Source: a virus (taxonomy: Duplodnaviria > Heunggongvirae > Uroviricota > Caudoviricetes). Taken from it: a stretch of 64,000 nucleotides of DNA. Location of the stretch: IMG/VR virus record IMGVR_UViG_642979322_000011; one strand, written 5' to 3'. Each line of letters opens with the position of its first letter. Position 1 is the stretch's first letter. The position numbers and the translations under genes are program-made. Below, piece after piece: positions 1 to 9,750 of this stretch. Under the pieces are notes generated by a model. It was not told the DNA's origin, did no database searches, and saw only the letters and a program-made list of their open reading frames with translations.

Positions 1-177
1 ATGGAAAAAGACCTGAAAGAGTTGCGGGAATACCTATTACTTTCCCCCGTCTATTCTGAAATTAACGATTGTCTGGCTAGTCTCTCAATGGAAGACGTGA
101 CCAATGAAGAGTTCGCGGAACGTTTGGGAATTGCTCCTGATTGGATGGATGCTATAGATACTAGCCAACTTGCTTAA
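1..177 (+). CDS. 3' end of a gene entering from upstream, or a 58-codon small ORF; unknown function
   Basis: Open frame from position 1 to TAA at 175-177; followed by a GC hairpin (186-202) and a T-rich stretch. Confidence 0.25.
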   Translation: MEKDLKELREYLLLSPVYSEINDCLASLSMEDVTNEEFAERLGIAPDWMDAIDTSQLA

Positions 178-185
178 GAAAGGAT

Positions 186-212
186 GCGCCATTGCTGGGC
201 GCGTTTCTCATT
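186..212 (+). terminator. Possible intrinsic terminator
   Basis: GCGCC-7nt-GGCGC stem followed by a T-rich tract. Confidence 0.3.
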
Positions 213-363
213 TCTCCCGTAGCACTACGCATACCTTCTAATAAATTTCACCATCAAAATCAGTAGATTGATAAAATGTCACTCAAATCTGTCATAAGTA
301 TCACAATTTTTAAACCTAATTGAAATATAATGTTATTAGATATTATCTAATGGAGGTAGTTTA

Positions 364-1776
364 ATGTCTTATGCGTTGATTGATAATGCTTCGTTAACAG
401 CAGTCGAAAGAACACTGGGTGATATTCTTGTTAAGAATCCAGATACTATTAACGGAGATTTAGTCGCTTTTGAAAATCTTATTCAAGCGATACTTTTTTA
501 CGATACCCTGATCTGTGTAGATAATTATAAAAAAGAATATAGAGATAAACGCATTGCTAAATTTGACTTTATTAAATTTGTATCTGAAAGTGATTTTCAA
601 CTCAGTGAACTTGATCAGTTAGCACAAGTTGAATCTCGGCAAATTACTTCCGAAATTAGAGGTGGGGAGTTTGTTGACGATGATTTTAGGCAACTTGTAG
701 AGATGCTTAAGCTGAATATGATTTGCACATGGGATCTTCGGTCTAGCGTGTATTACTTAACAATGAAAATGCTTGGTCAGCCCGGTACTCCTGAATATGC
801 GAAATATAGTGAACTAAGTGCATCGATTTTTAATGAATTATCAGATGCTTCTGATACGAAAGGGTACTGGTCAACCGATGTGAAGCTAGTGAGTTCATCT
901 GGACATGAATATACTGAGCGTGAATTTGAACTAGAAAGGGAAAAATCTACTCGCGGTAAAGGAGGTATGACTCGTTCACTTGAAATGTTTATCGCATCGC
1001 TAAATTGGTTGGCATATAAATCTATTTATTACAGCGTCATTGCTAAGCATTTTAAAGCAGACTCATTTATTCATCCAATAAGGCATGCATATCAATTGCA
1101 TTGGATGAAAAAAACAGGTGCTTTTGGTCATGATTATACTGCAAGGTTGGTGCAATCGTTGTCTGATAAAATCAGTACTGCAAGATCTGAAATTGTAGAT
1201 CATGGACGCACATCTACTATTTCATTAGATTTACCAATATTTTCTGCATGGCTAGCAAACGAAACAGGAAATGTCTCTCAAGTTATCAATTCAGCTTTAG
1301 AGCTTAGAACACATGATCATTTTCGTACGTGTCGAGATGTAATCCGAGAGATTCATGTGACCTACGATGAATCGGGGATAAGTGCAGGAAATAAAAAAGT
1401 AACAAAATTACTAAGTGATTTAGATAAAATATCTGGAGATATTAAACGAAGCTACGGTGTTCCATCAAATCAAGGTATTCAAGGCAGTTTTTTGATAAAA
1501 TGTATAAATTCATTGACAGGACTCGTGGGTATTCCAGGTTTGCCTGATAAAGAGTTTGCACTGAGCACTCCTGAATTTATGAAGTCTAAACAACATAAAG
1601 CATTTTCTACCGTTTTCAAGGATGTTACTAACGAACTAACAAGCATTGAACGTTTAGGTGGGCTTCGGGATAAATTAGCGTCGAACTTTACTATTGATGA
1701 TTCTTATTATACCGAGCCAAAAACAGAGGATCCGAGATTCCGTTACGTAAGTAGTAATTGGAAGCAGCCAATGTAG
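364..1776 (+). CDS. Hypothetical protein, AT-rich orphan gene (470 aa)
   Basis: Long ORF with GGAGG RBS 8 nt upstream of ATG and TATAAT-like -10 at ~328; very low GC versus surroundings; no family recognised. Confidence 0.6.
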   Translation: MSYALIDNASLTAVERTLGDILVKNPDTINGDLVAFENLIQAILFYDTLICVDNYKKEYRDKRIAKFDFIKFVSESDFQLSELDQLAQVESRQITSEIRGGEFVDDDFRQLVEMLKLNMICTWDLRSSVYYLTMKMLGQPGTPEYAKYSELSASIFNELSDASDTKGYWSTDVKLVSSSGHEYTEREFELEREKSTRGKGGMTRSLEMFIASLNWLAYKSIYYSVIAKHFKADSFIHPIRHAYQLHWMKKTGAFGHDYTARLVQSLSDKISTARSEIVDHGRTSTISLDLPIFSAWLANETGNVSQVINSALELRTHDHFRTCRDVIREIHVTYDESGISAGNKKVTKLLSDLDKISGDIKRSYGVPSNQGIQGSFLIKCINSLTGLVGIPGLPDKEFALSTPEFMKSKQHKAFSTVFKDVTNELTSIERLGGLRDKLASNFTIDDSYYTEPKTEDPRFRYVSSNWKQPM

Positions 1777-2040
1777 ATATAGTTAAATGTATAATTATAA
1801 GTAATAACAATTTACAGACATTATTGAATTAAAAATAATTGCGTTAGGGTATAATATCTAACGCAATTAGATTGAAAAGTTAATTAAATAGTTAGTCAGA
1901 GCTAACTTCTTGTATTGTTAGTTACACTGCCTAACCTACAGACAAAAAGCCCCTCAGAATTGTGCTTACGCGCTCAAATTTCACTGCTGGGGATTTTTAC
2001 GTACATTCAACCCAAAAAGTGACCAAAAAAGTTCTTACAG

Positions 2041-2150
2041 AGTTGACGTTACGTTGACGTTGTTTTCTGAAAATGATCCCTTGGTGACTTATTTTATGTA
2101 TTTGATTTTACGTTTTTTCTTTAATGTTTTATCACTTTAAACTAACGTCA
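2041..2150. repeat. TTGACGTT direct repeats with an inverted copy about 90 bp downstream; iteron- or operator-like
   Basis: agTTGACGTTacgTTGACGTTg at 2041-2062 and AACGTCAA at 2143-2150 in AT-rich non-coding DNA. Confidence 0.3.
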
Positions 2151-2446
2151 ACTTATCCTTATAGAGCGATTAATTTCTATAAGTACTTTTTCTCAAAATT
2201 TGATTTTTACGGATGGAAGTCCATCAAAGAAACGTCATTTTTTTCTAAGACTTTGATCTTTCGTTAACGGTGTTAGTGGGGACTTCGGTCGTCGAGCGCG
2301 ATGCGCTTCTGACCGTTTCAATGGATAGGTTCGCCTTCTTGCGCCTCTCGCGGCGTTTGCCGCGCTCCGCGCTTTTGGCGGTTTGGCAGGCATATCTCTC
2401 TTATTATTGGTCGTTTTTTGCACCGCCTTGTCACGATCTGTCACTA

Positions 2447-3142
2447 CTAGTAGTAATGGTCATAACCTCCGCTTTCTCTTTTGGCTCTGGATGCTCTCAC
2501 TCGTGCTCTTCTTAACATCCTTAACAGTGGGTGGGTTTGTACTTTGTTCGAGTTTATTATCTGTGAGGATAGTAATTCCCTGCGCTCTGTCTCTGCCTCT
2601 TTGGTGACCGCTATCACTGATAAATCCCAATCGTGTTTGCTAATTAACGGTGCTTGGAACGGGGTGATTGGTGATCGATTTATGTCTTGTCGTTTCAATG
2701 TACGCTGTATCTGTCGCTTAGCTTTGTAGTTGTCTTTCCTTGATGCCTGAACGGCTTTTAGTATGCGTCTTACAGCATGAAAGCCAGTGATAGAAAGTGT
2801 TTCTTTTTTTATCTCATGCCGCGCCCAGCCATTCGAATAACCCCAAACGTTGGCATCTGACCAATCATATAGGCTCTTGCTCGCCTCTCTATTAAAGTCA
2901 TTTAACTTAGTTTCGGGCTTTGCCATGTAATCAATCTGTTTACCTATACACTTTGTAGGCTCTGAATATTGCTGACCTTTCAAATCTAGATCCCACTGGG
3001 GAGGAACATTTGATGGGATTGCATTGTTTGCCAGTGTTACCCATTTGCTGACAATTTTGCCAGCTTGCCCATTAATGCTTCTTTCGTTCACCATGATTAT
3101 TGCGTGTACATGCGGCTCTGACTGGTGTTGAGCCCACTCCAT
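2447..3142 (-). pseudogene. Relaxase-like fragment (MobA/MOBQ-type HUH motif), 5'-truncated
   Basis: EPHVHAIIMVNERS resembles the NPHCHLMISER HUH motif of RSF1010 MobA; N-terminal catalytic Tyr region absent; abuts a tail-fibre fragment on the opposite strand. Confidence 0.4.
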
Positions 3143-3694
3143 GACGTAAACCCACTGATTGCCTTGAATGAAAGCGATATTGCATCGCTTGATACCAGAG
3201 TTCAGTCGCTGGAATCGCAGGTTTCAGACCATGAAACGCGCATTAATGCTCTGGAGTATGCCACTACGCGCAAGAAGTCAGAGGTTGTTTACTCTGGCGT
3301 ATCAGTAACCATCCCGACAGCGCCGACCAACCTTGTTAGCCTGCTGAAAACGCTTACGCCGTCATCCGGGACGTTGGCACCATTCTTCGACACCGTTAAC
3401 AACAAGATGGTTGTGTTCAACGAGAACAAAACCTTGTTCTTCAAGCTGTCGATTGTCGGGACGTGGCCCAGCGGAACCGCCAACAGGTCAATGCAGCTAA
3501 CATTCTCCGGTTCTGTTCCTGACACGCTAGTAAGCAGTCGCAACTCGGCAACAACAACCGACAACATCCTGTTAGCTACGTTCTTCAGCGTGGATAAAGA
3601 CGGCTTTCTTGCCACAAATGGCAGCACGTTAACCATTCAGTCGAATGGCGCGGCGTTTACTGCCACAACCATCAAAATCATTGCGGAGCAGTGA
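3125..3694 (+). pseudogene. Phage tail fibre C-terminal fragment
   Basis: Coiled-coil then Ser/Thr/Asn-rich beta-type C-terminus typical of tail fibre tips; no N-terminal domain; stop overlaps next ATG (TGATG). Confidence 0.45.
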
Positions 3695-4161
3695 TGGAAA
3701 TAAAGCTCATCGATAACCCGGTGAAACTTGCAGAATTCCTTAACAACCCGGTAAACACGGGGAATATCGTAGACAGTGGAGATAAATACTACATCAAGCC
3801 TGATGCGGTATATCTCGGCATCTACGAAGGATTAGTGCTGGCTGGAGTTCATGAAGTGCGTAACTTCTGGCATAGCGTTGTTGAATGCCATGCGGTGTAT
3901 GACCCCGGATTCCGTGGCGAATATGCACTACAAGGGCATCGATTATTCTGCAAATGGCTTCTCGAAAACTCACCATTCCTTAACAGCATCACCATGGTTC
4001 CTGACACCACCAAATACGGACGGGCAATTATCCGTTTGCTTGGCGCTACCCGTGTTGGTCACCTTGATGATGCGTACATGAGTAACGGAAAACCGGTAGG
4101 AATCACCCTCTATCAATTACCTCGTTCGAAATATGAGGAGCTATTAAATGTTAGTACTTAG
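3694..4161 (+). CDS. Hypothetical phage protein
   Basis: ATG with GGAG RBS, translationally coupled to upstream ORF. Confidence 0.45.
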   Translation: MEIKLIDNPVKLAEFLNNPVNTGNIVDSGDKYYIKPDAVYLGIYEGLVLAGVHEVRNFWHSVVECHAVYDPGFRGEYALQGHRLFCKWLLENSPFLNSITMVPDTTKYGRAIIRLLGATRVGHLDDAYMSNGKPVGITLYQLPRSKYEELLNVST

Positions 4162-4828
4162 CGAAAGCTTCAAGAATAAATTGCTTCCCATGAATGGGTA
4201 TATGAAAGGCGGCAGCGACTCCGGATCTAAAGCCCAGGCACGCGCAACTGAAAAGGGCATCGAACTGCAGCGTGAAATGTGGCAGACGAACATGCAAAAC
4301 CTTGCACCGTTCACGCCACTCGCTCAGCAGTACGTATCACAGTTGCAGAATCTTTCCTCTCTTCAGGGGCAAGGTCAGGCGCTTAACCAGTATTACAACT
4401 CTCAGCAGTATAAAGACCTTGCAGGGCAGGCGCGCTATCAGAGTCTGGCAGCAGCAGAGGCAACGGGTGGATTAGGCTCTACAGCAACAGGAAACCAGTT
4501 AGCAGCAATCGCACCTACACTCGGTCAAAACTGGCTGTCAGGTCAGATGAACAACTACAACAATCTGGCAAATATCGGCCTTGGTGCTCTTACAGGTCAG
4601 GCAAACGCCGGACAGAACTACGCTAACAATGTCAGCCAATTGTATCAACAGCAGGCGGCAGCATCGGCAGCAAATGCGAATAAGCCTTCAGGCCTACAGA
4701 GTTTTGCTACAGGTGCCATTGGTGGGGCCGCATCAGGTGCAATGATTGGTAGTGCAGTTCCTGTTATTGGGACTGGTATTGGTGCTCTTGCTGGCGGTGT
4801 TATCGGTGGTCTTGGATCATTGTTTTAA
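4148..4828 (+). CDS. Phage internal virion (ejection)-like protein with Gly-rich C-terminus
   Basis: GAGGAG RBS; Q/N-rich then GxGxG C-terminus ending GGLGSLF, paralogous to 58584-58835 (ends GIAGSLF) in the Stx2 prophage. Confidence 0.5.
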   Translation: MLVLSESFKNKLLPMNGYMKGGSDSGSKAQARATEKGIELQREMWQTNMQNLAPFTPLAQQYVSQLQNLSSLQGQGQALNQYYNSQQYKDLAGQARYQSLAAAEATGGLGSTATGNQLAAIAPTLGQNWLSGQMNNYNNLANIGLGALTGQANAGQNYANNVSQLYQQQAAASAANANKPSGLQSFATGAIGGAASGAMIGSAVPVIGTGIGALAGGVIGGLGSLF

Positions 4829-4837
4829 GGTGGGAAT

Positions 4838-5500
4838 ATGGCTACTTGGCAACAAGGAATCAACTCAGGCGGTTTTCTTGCTGGTATCGGTGGGCAAAAC
4901 TCAAATGCGCCAAAGGCAAGTGATGTAAGTGAGGCGTTGGCCTATATTCGCCAGAACAACGAAATGGAGCGTTCAGGTCGCAATAACATCGGCCTTCAGG
5001 CGTTGCAGGGACTTGGTAGTGTCGCTCAAACATCTCAAGCCGCAAAGCAACAGGAAGCGGATGCTGCATTCCAAAAAGAATATGCGGCAGCCATCCAGTC
5101 CGGCGATCGACAGCAGGTTCGAGATCTGATGACCAAATATCCTGGTCAATTAGAGAAGATTCAGTCTGGTATGAAGTGGGCAGACGAAGACCAGCGCAAT
5201 TCTATCGGCACCTTAGCGGCTGGCGCACGCCTTGCGGCCTCGTCTCCAGAAGCAATGCAATCATGGCTGCAAAACACGCCAAGGAACTGGCGCGCGTCGG
5301 TGTTGACCCTAACAACGTTGCTCAGATGTATCAGCAGAATCCTTCAGGGTTTGGTGAGTTGTTTATCACCTTGGGATGGCTGCTCTCGGTCCGATTGACT
5401 ACTTCAATGTTCAGGACAAGATGGCTGGTCGTGAGATTGACCGAGGCAGGCTGGCAGAGACAATCCGCAGCAATCAGGCCGGAGATTTTGAGTTTAAGTC
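4838..5500 (+). pseudogene. Internal virion protein-like gene broken by two frameshifts
   Basis: Protein-like sequence continues across three frames (track ORFs 4838, 5176, 5376). Confidence 0.4.
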
Positions 5501-5972
5501 AAAGCCGTCATATTTAGTTCTATCATTTGCTGAAATATCATCTGTAGTCTTTATCCTAATGTCTGTCTATATGGTGGCAAAAAGTCAAAATAGCAATGGA
5601 TTACAGTATGATGCGCTTTTTATACCATCAATGGCCTTTTCAATATTAGTGTTTTCGTTTAATGGTGGTATTATTTCAAAAATAATATCAAATAAAGTTA
5701 TGATACTTTTAGGTGATGCTTCTTTTTCATTTTACTTGGTCCATACTATAGTAATCAGTACATTGAGCAAGTTCTTTAATGTTTCTGGTCTTGGTGCTAT
5801 AAGTGTAATTAAATTTATAGTAATGGCTCTGTTTGCTTCATTATTTATATCAATAATGATGTATTTGTTTTTTGAAAAGCCAATAAACAATAAGCTAAGA
5901 AAATGGTGGAGTGGATTTAAGAATGATGTTTCAACCACTCGAGTTGAAAAAATAGAAGGCAATCAATTATAG
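5500..5972 (+). pseudogene. Acyltransferase-3 family (O-antigen acetylase-like) C-terminal fragment
   Basis: AT-rich membrane segment with [13 protein letters not shown] motif typical of OafA/Oac acyltransferase C-termini; no N-terminal part. Confidence 0.45.
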
Positions 5973-6145
5973 CAATTAAAGTATGATAAGCATTTATGAT
6001 TGGTTTTAATGAAATGCATATGTAGTTAACATATAATAATTGCATTTTGTTATTGTTGATGGTTTCTTGGTGTAAGAAATCCTGAGAAGTGAAAAGCTTT
6101 GCTATATGTGCAAGGCTTTTCTTTTTTAAAGAATCGTTGTAATAA

Positions 6146-7303
6146 CTACTCCACCTTCCCATCAAGCCAGTCCGCCCACCACTGCATCATTTCTCTGCGC
6201 TTATCGAGATACTGAGCATGGTTGTAAATCCCACGCACAGATCCGCCGTTGGCATGTGCTAGTTGCACTTCAATAGCGTCAGCAGGCCATTCGTGCTCGT
6301 TCATAATCGTGCTGAATTCATGCCTGAATCCGTGACCGCTTTCCAGACCTTCATAGCCGATTTGTTTGATCACAAGCAGTACAGCGTTCTCACAGATTGA
6401 CTTCTTCTTATCGTTGCGCCCGGCAAAAACAAACTCTGATACTGGTTTAGTGATGGAGCTTAGCGTAGTGAGAAGTTCAACAACCTGGTCCGACATCGGA
6501 ACCACATGAATCTTGCGTCCCTTCATCACACTGGCCTCGATGGTGATAATCCTGTTTTCAAAATCGACGTTCTTCCATTGCATGGAACGAAGCTCTTTCG
6601 TTCTTAGTGCTGTGTAGCGTAAAACTTTGGTCGCAATGAGAGATACGATACTTCCTGAAAATGTTGCAAGTGCTTTGTTGAATGCCGGGATCTGGTCGGC
6701 AGGTAAAAACGGGAAGTTCTTCTTGCGGTATCCCTTCATGGCTTCAGCAAGGTCAGGTGCCGGGTTATATTTAGCCCTTCCGGTGACAATAGCGTAACGG
6801 AAAACCTCGCCGCATCTTCTGCGTGCTTTGTTGGCTCGCTCCATTGCCCCGCGATCTTCAAATCTGCGGATTACTTCCAGCAGTTGCATCGGCTCAATAT
6901 CCTGAATTTCAAGGCCGCCGATGATAGGTAAAATGTCGTCATCAAACATTTTTGCAAGTTCAGTCGCATAGGCGGCTGACCAGACTTGCCTCTTATGCTC
7001 GTACCATTCCTTGTAAATCGCACTAAAGGAATTGTTGTTAGACGAAGCCTTTTTCGCCTTTACCGGATCGATGCCAACCGAGATGTCTTTCCTCGCAGTC
7101 CATGCTTTATCCCTTGCCTCTTGCAAAGTCATAAGCGGATATTTTCCGACGGTCAGGATTTTCTCCTTACCGTCAATCTTGTAGCGAAGCTGCCATACCT
7201 TTTTCCCTGATACAGGGACATAAAGGTACAGGCCATTACCATCGAGTAGGCGGTATGGTTTTTCTTTCGGCTTTGCTGCTTCAATCTGCTTAACGGTGAG
7301 CAT
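6146..7303 (-). CDS. intS: Tyrosine integrase, P4/IntS family
   Basis: 385-aa product from MLTVKQIEAAKPKEKPYRLLDGNG, matches recalled K-12 IntS N-terminus and length; immediately 3' of and co-directional with argW. Confidence 0.9.
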   Translation of the reverse strand: MLTVKQIEAAKPKEKPYRLLDGNGLYLYVPVSGKKVWQLRYKIDGKEKILTVGKYPLMTLQEARDKAWTARKDISVGIDPVKAKKASSNNNSFSAIYKEWYEHKRQVWSAAYATELAKMFDDDILPIIGGLEIQDIEPMQLLEVIRRFEDRGAMERANKARRRCGEVFRYAIVTGRAKYNPAPDLAEAMKGYRKKNFPFLPADQIPAFNKALATFSGSIVSLIATKVLRYTALRTKELRSMQWKNVDFENRIITIEASVMKGRKIHVVPMSDQVVELLTTLSSITKPVSEFVFAGRNDKKKSICENAVLLVIKQIGYEGLESGHGFRHEFSTIMNEHEWPADAIEVQLAHANGGSVRGIYNHAQYLDKRREMMQWWADWLDGKVE

Positions 7304-7464
7304 GGGTAAAAATCCGGTGGGTAAAATTATTTTATCCACTTTTTACCCGTCATGGCGTGCGGCTGTCAACGATCTGACGCGAACCATGACGAACTCTGAA
7401 TCTACGGAAGGCTTGATATTCAGGGGATTTTGCGGACTGGTACGGATGGAGGCGAACTGATAAA

Positions 7465-7540
7465 TGGTGTCCCCTGCAGGAATCGAACCTGCAATTAGCC
7501 CTTAGGAGGGGCTCGTTATATCCATTTAACTAAGAGGACG
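7465..7540 (-). tRNA. argW: tRNA-Arg (anticodon CCU)
   Basis: Reverse complement reads GTCCTCTTAGTTAAATGGATATAACGAGCCCCTCCTAAGGGCTAATTGCAGGTTCGATTCCTGCAGGGGACACCA; cloverleaf with CCT anticodon and encoded CCA. Confidence 0.9.
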
Positions 7541-7734
7541 TTGTTGCGTATTGATTTTGGTTGTTCACCATATGACTGATAATACCGTCTTTATGGTTTT
7601 AAAATCAAGGTGTAAGTTTGTTTTTGTTCATGGTTGATTATCTTCTTTTGCGTTGAAAAGTGTTTTGTTCACTTGCTAATGCGTACATATTGAGTACAGA
7701 ATACATTATAAACTTGTGTACAGGATATAAAGCA

Positions 7735-8904
7735 TTGGCACTGAGCGACACCAAACTACGAGGCCTCTACGGAAAACCCTACTCTGGCCCTGCTGAAATC
7801 ACCGATGGTGACGGGTTAAGTGTGCGGATTACTCCAGCAGGAACTATCACGTTTCAGTACCGTTATCGCTGGAATGGTAAGCCAGTACGTCTTACTGTCG
7901 GGCGCTATCCGTCTACTTCACTGAAGGACGCGCGTGTTATCGTCGGTGAGATGCGCGCATTGTACATGAAGGGAGTTAACCCTAAAAATTATTTTGCGCC
8001 CAGTGACGGCGAACTGACATTAAAAGAATGCCTGGATCAGTGGTGGGATAAGTATGTTACTGATCTGAAACCCAATACACAGACGCTTTACAGATCCGTC
8101 GTGTACAACACTATGTACACACAGTTTGAAGGCTCGCCAGTTGCCGGTATCCCTGTATCGGCTTGGGCTCGCTTTTTTGACAAGCAAGAAAGCCTCAACA
8201 AGAAAAAGGCTCGTGTTCTGTTGTTACAACTGCGTTCAGTTATTAACTGGTGTATCAGCCGCCAGTTAATCCCATCATGCGAATTACTCAAACTTAGTGT
8301 AAAGAATATTGGGAAGAAACCAGATGTGGGGAGTCGCGTACTTACCTATACGGAACTGGCAAAGATCTGGCTGGCACTGGAGAACTCAAAAGTGGTTACT
8401 TCCAACAAGCTGTTACATCAATTGCTATTGCTATGGGGGGCCAGGCTTTCTGAGCTACGTCTCGCTACAGCCAGTGAGTTCAACATGGAAGATCTGGTCT
8501 GGACAACCCCTAAAGAGCATTCAAAGATGGGTAATATTATCCGGCGTCCGATATTTACTCAGGTTGAGCCTTATATTGAGCGATTGCTTAATGCGGGTTT
8601 TGATGTGCTATTCCCCGGGCAGGAAATAGATAAACCTATTGATCGTTCGTCGGCTAATTTGTACATGAAAAAGTTAAGGGAGAAAATTGATATTCCTGAA
8701 TGGAGAACGCATGATTTTAGGCGTTCTCTGGTAACGAATTTATCTGGGGAAGGAATTATGCCCCACGTCACTGAAAAAATGCTGGGGCATGAACTTGGGG
8801 GAGTTATGGCCGTGTATAATAAACACGACTGGTTGTCGGAACAGAAAGATGCGTATGAGTTGTATGCTGATAAAATTTTCTGGCACGCTAAACAGCTCGG
8901 TTAA
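7735..8904 (+). CDS. Tyrosine integrase (phage integrase family with N-terminal arm-binding domain)
   Basis: Conserved N-terminus ALSDTKLRGL begins at a TTG (7735) with AGGA RBS; C-terminal catalytic region with HDFRRS; track ORF starts earlier at GTG. Confidence 0.85.
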   Translation: MALSDTKLRGLYGKPYSGPAEITDGDGLSVRITPAGTITFQYRYRWNGKPVRLTVGRYPSTSLKDARVIVGEMRALYMKGVNPKNYFAPSDGELTLKECLDQWWDKYVTDLKPNTQTLYRSVVYNTMYTQFEGSPVAGIPVSAWARFFDKQESLNKKKARVLLLQLRSVINWCISRQLIPSCELLKLSVKNIGKKPDVGSRVLTYTELAKIWLALENSKVVTSNKLLHQLLLLWGARLSELRLATASEFNMEDLVWTTPKEHSKMGNIIRRPIFTQVEPYIERLLNAGFDVLFPGQEIDKPIDRSSANLYMKKLREKIDIPEWRTHDFRRSLVTNLSGEGIMPHVTEKMLGHELGGVMAVYNKHDWLSEQKDAYELYADKIFWHAKQLG

Positions 8905-9070
8905 TTCCTCCGGCTTTAAGCCATTGTTCAACGGCCTGACGACTATATCGCGCCGGATGAGTAAGTACTGGATCAGGGAATCCGTGTTTTTTTCGCAAAT
9001 TATACAAAGCTGTGCGCCTTTTTTGTAACAACTCAGAAACTTCTTTTTCGGTCATTAAGTTGATTTCCAT
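8888..9070 (-). CDS. AlpA-family excisionase/transcriptional regulator
   Basis: 60-aa HTH protein convergent with integrase 3' end; MTEKEVSELLQ...YSRQAVEQWLK. Confidence 0.6.
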   Translation of the reverse strand: MEINLMTEKEVSELLQKRRTALYNLRKKHGFPDPVLTHPARYSRQAVEQWLKAGGINRAV

Positions 9071-9130
9071 AGTATGCTCTCCTTTTCTACATGTTTTTCA
9101 ACAGCATAATAAACCGCCCGAAGGCGGTTG

Positions 9131-9382
9131 TTAGTTGATTGATGTACGGCGCATTTTTCGAAGGCTGGCAATATGCTTTTCCTTCTCAATTTCCGCTTTA
9201 ATCATATGCAGTTCGTTGTGCTCTATTCGCTCAAATTCTTCATTAAATGCACCAATTGAAGTGGCTCTGGTTCTGCCGTCGAGCCTTCGGTAGATCACCT
9301 GAGTCAGAGTTACCTTGCATATTTCTACCGGATAGTTGTTGGCATCAACGAAAGACTGCCCGCGCTGGATCAGGACGAACAC
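9131..9382 (-). CDS. Hypothetical protein
   Basis: ORF with GTG start and AAGGA RBS; AT-rich. Confidence 0.35.
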   Translation of the reverse strand: MFVLIQRGQSFVDANNYPVEICKVTLTQVIYRRLDGRTRATSIGAFNEEFERIEHNELHMIKAEIEKEKHIASLRKMRRTSIN

Positions 9383-9750
9383 TGGTTGTATTCCTTGAGT
9401 GCCATATCATAAACACGGCATGCCGAGAGGTGTGTTGTAGTCAACGTCGTTCGTATCCTGAAAAGTCCATGTGTTGTGACGGTAACTTCCGGGGCTTTGA
9501 GTTTCACTGCATCAACGATATGCTGATGTTTGCGGCTTTCGAATATAGAGCTGGATATAACCACACTTGCTGTTAAACCGTAACTTTCAAATGTGATTTT
9601 CATGTCATTATCCTCGCAGTTAGCCGGGCAACAAAAATAAATAATGTTGTTCCTGCGAATAACAGGATACCGCCCGTCATTAGAGAAAGGAAAAACAATA
9701 TTAATGTACGCGGGGTGTTTCTCAAAATATTCTCTCTGTGATTCGCTCAC
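9370..9750 (-). CDS. Hypothetical protein
   Basis: ORF only; odd composition, may be mis-framed. Confidence 0.3.
   Translation of the reverse strand: MSESQREYFEKHPAYINIVFPFSNDGRYPVIRRNNIIYFCCPANCEDNDMKITFESYGLTASVVISSSIFESRKHQHIVDAVKLKAPEVTVTTHGLFRIRTTLTTTHLSACRVYDMALKEYNQCSS

Noticed and set aside
2235-2607. Several short ORFs on both strands (2235-2444 minus, 2270-2515 plus, 2383-2607 plus, 2481-2729 plus)
   Set aside because: Mutually overlapping, no RBS, and they overlap the relaxase fragment; likely non-coding or decayed sequence
7660-7734. Extended integrase N-terminus from the track's GTG start (MFCSLANAYIL...)
   Set aside because: The conserved integrase N-terminus begins at the TTG at 7735, preceded by an AGGA RBS; the extension is AT-rich att-adjacent DNA
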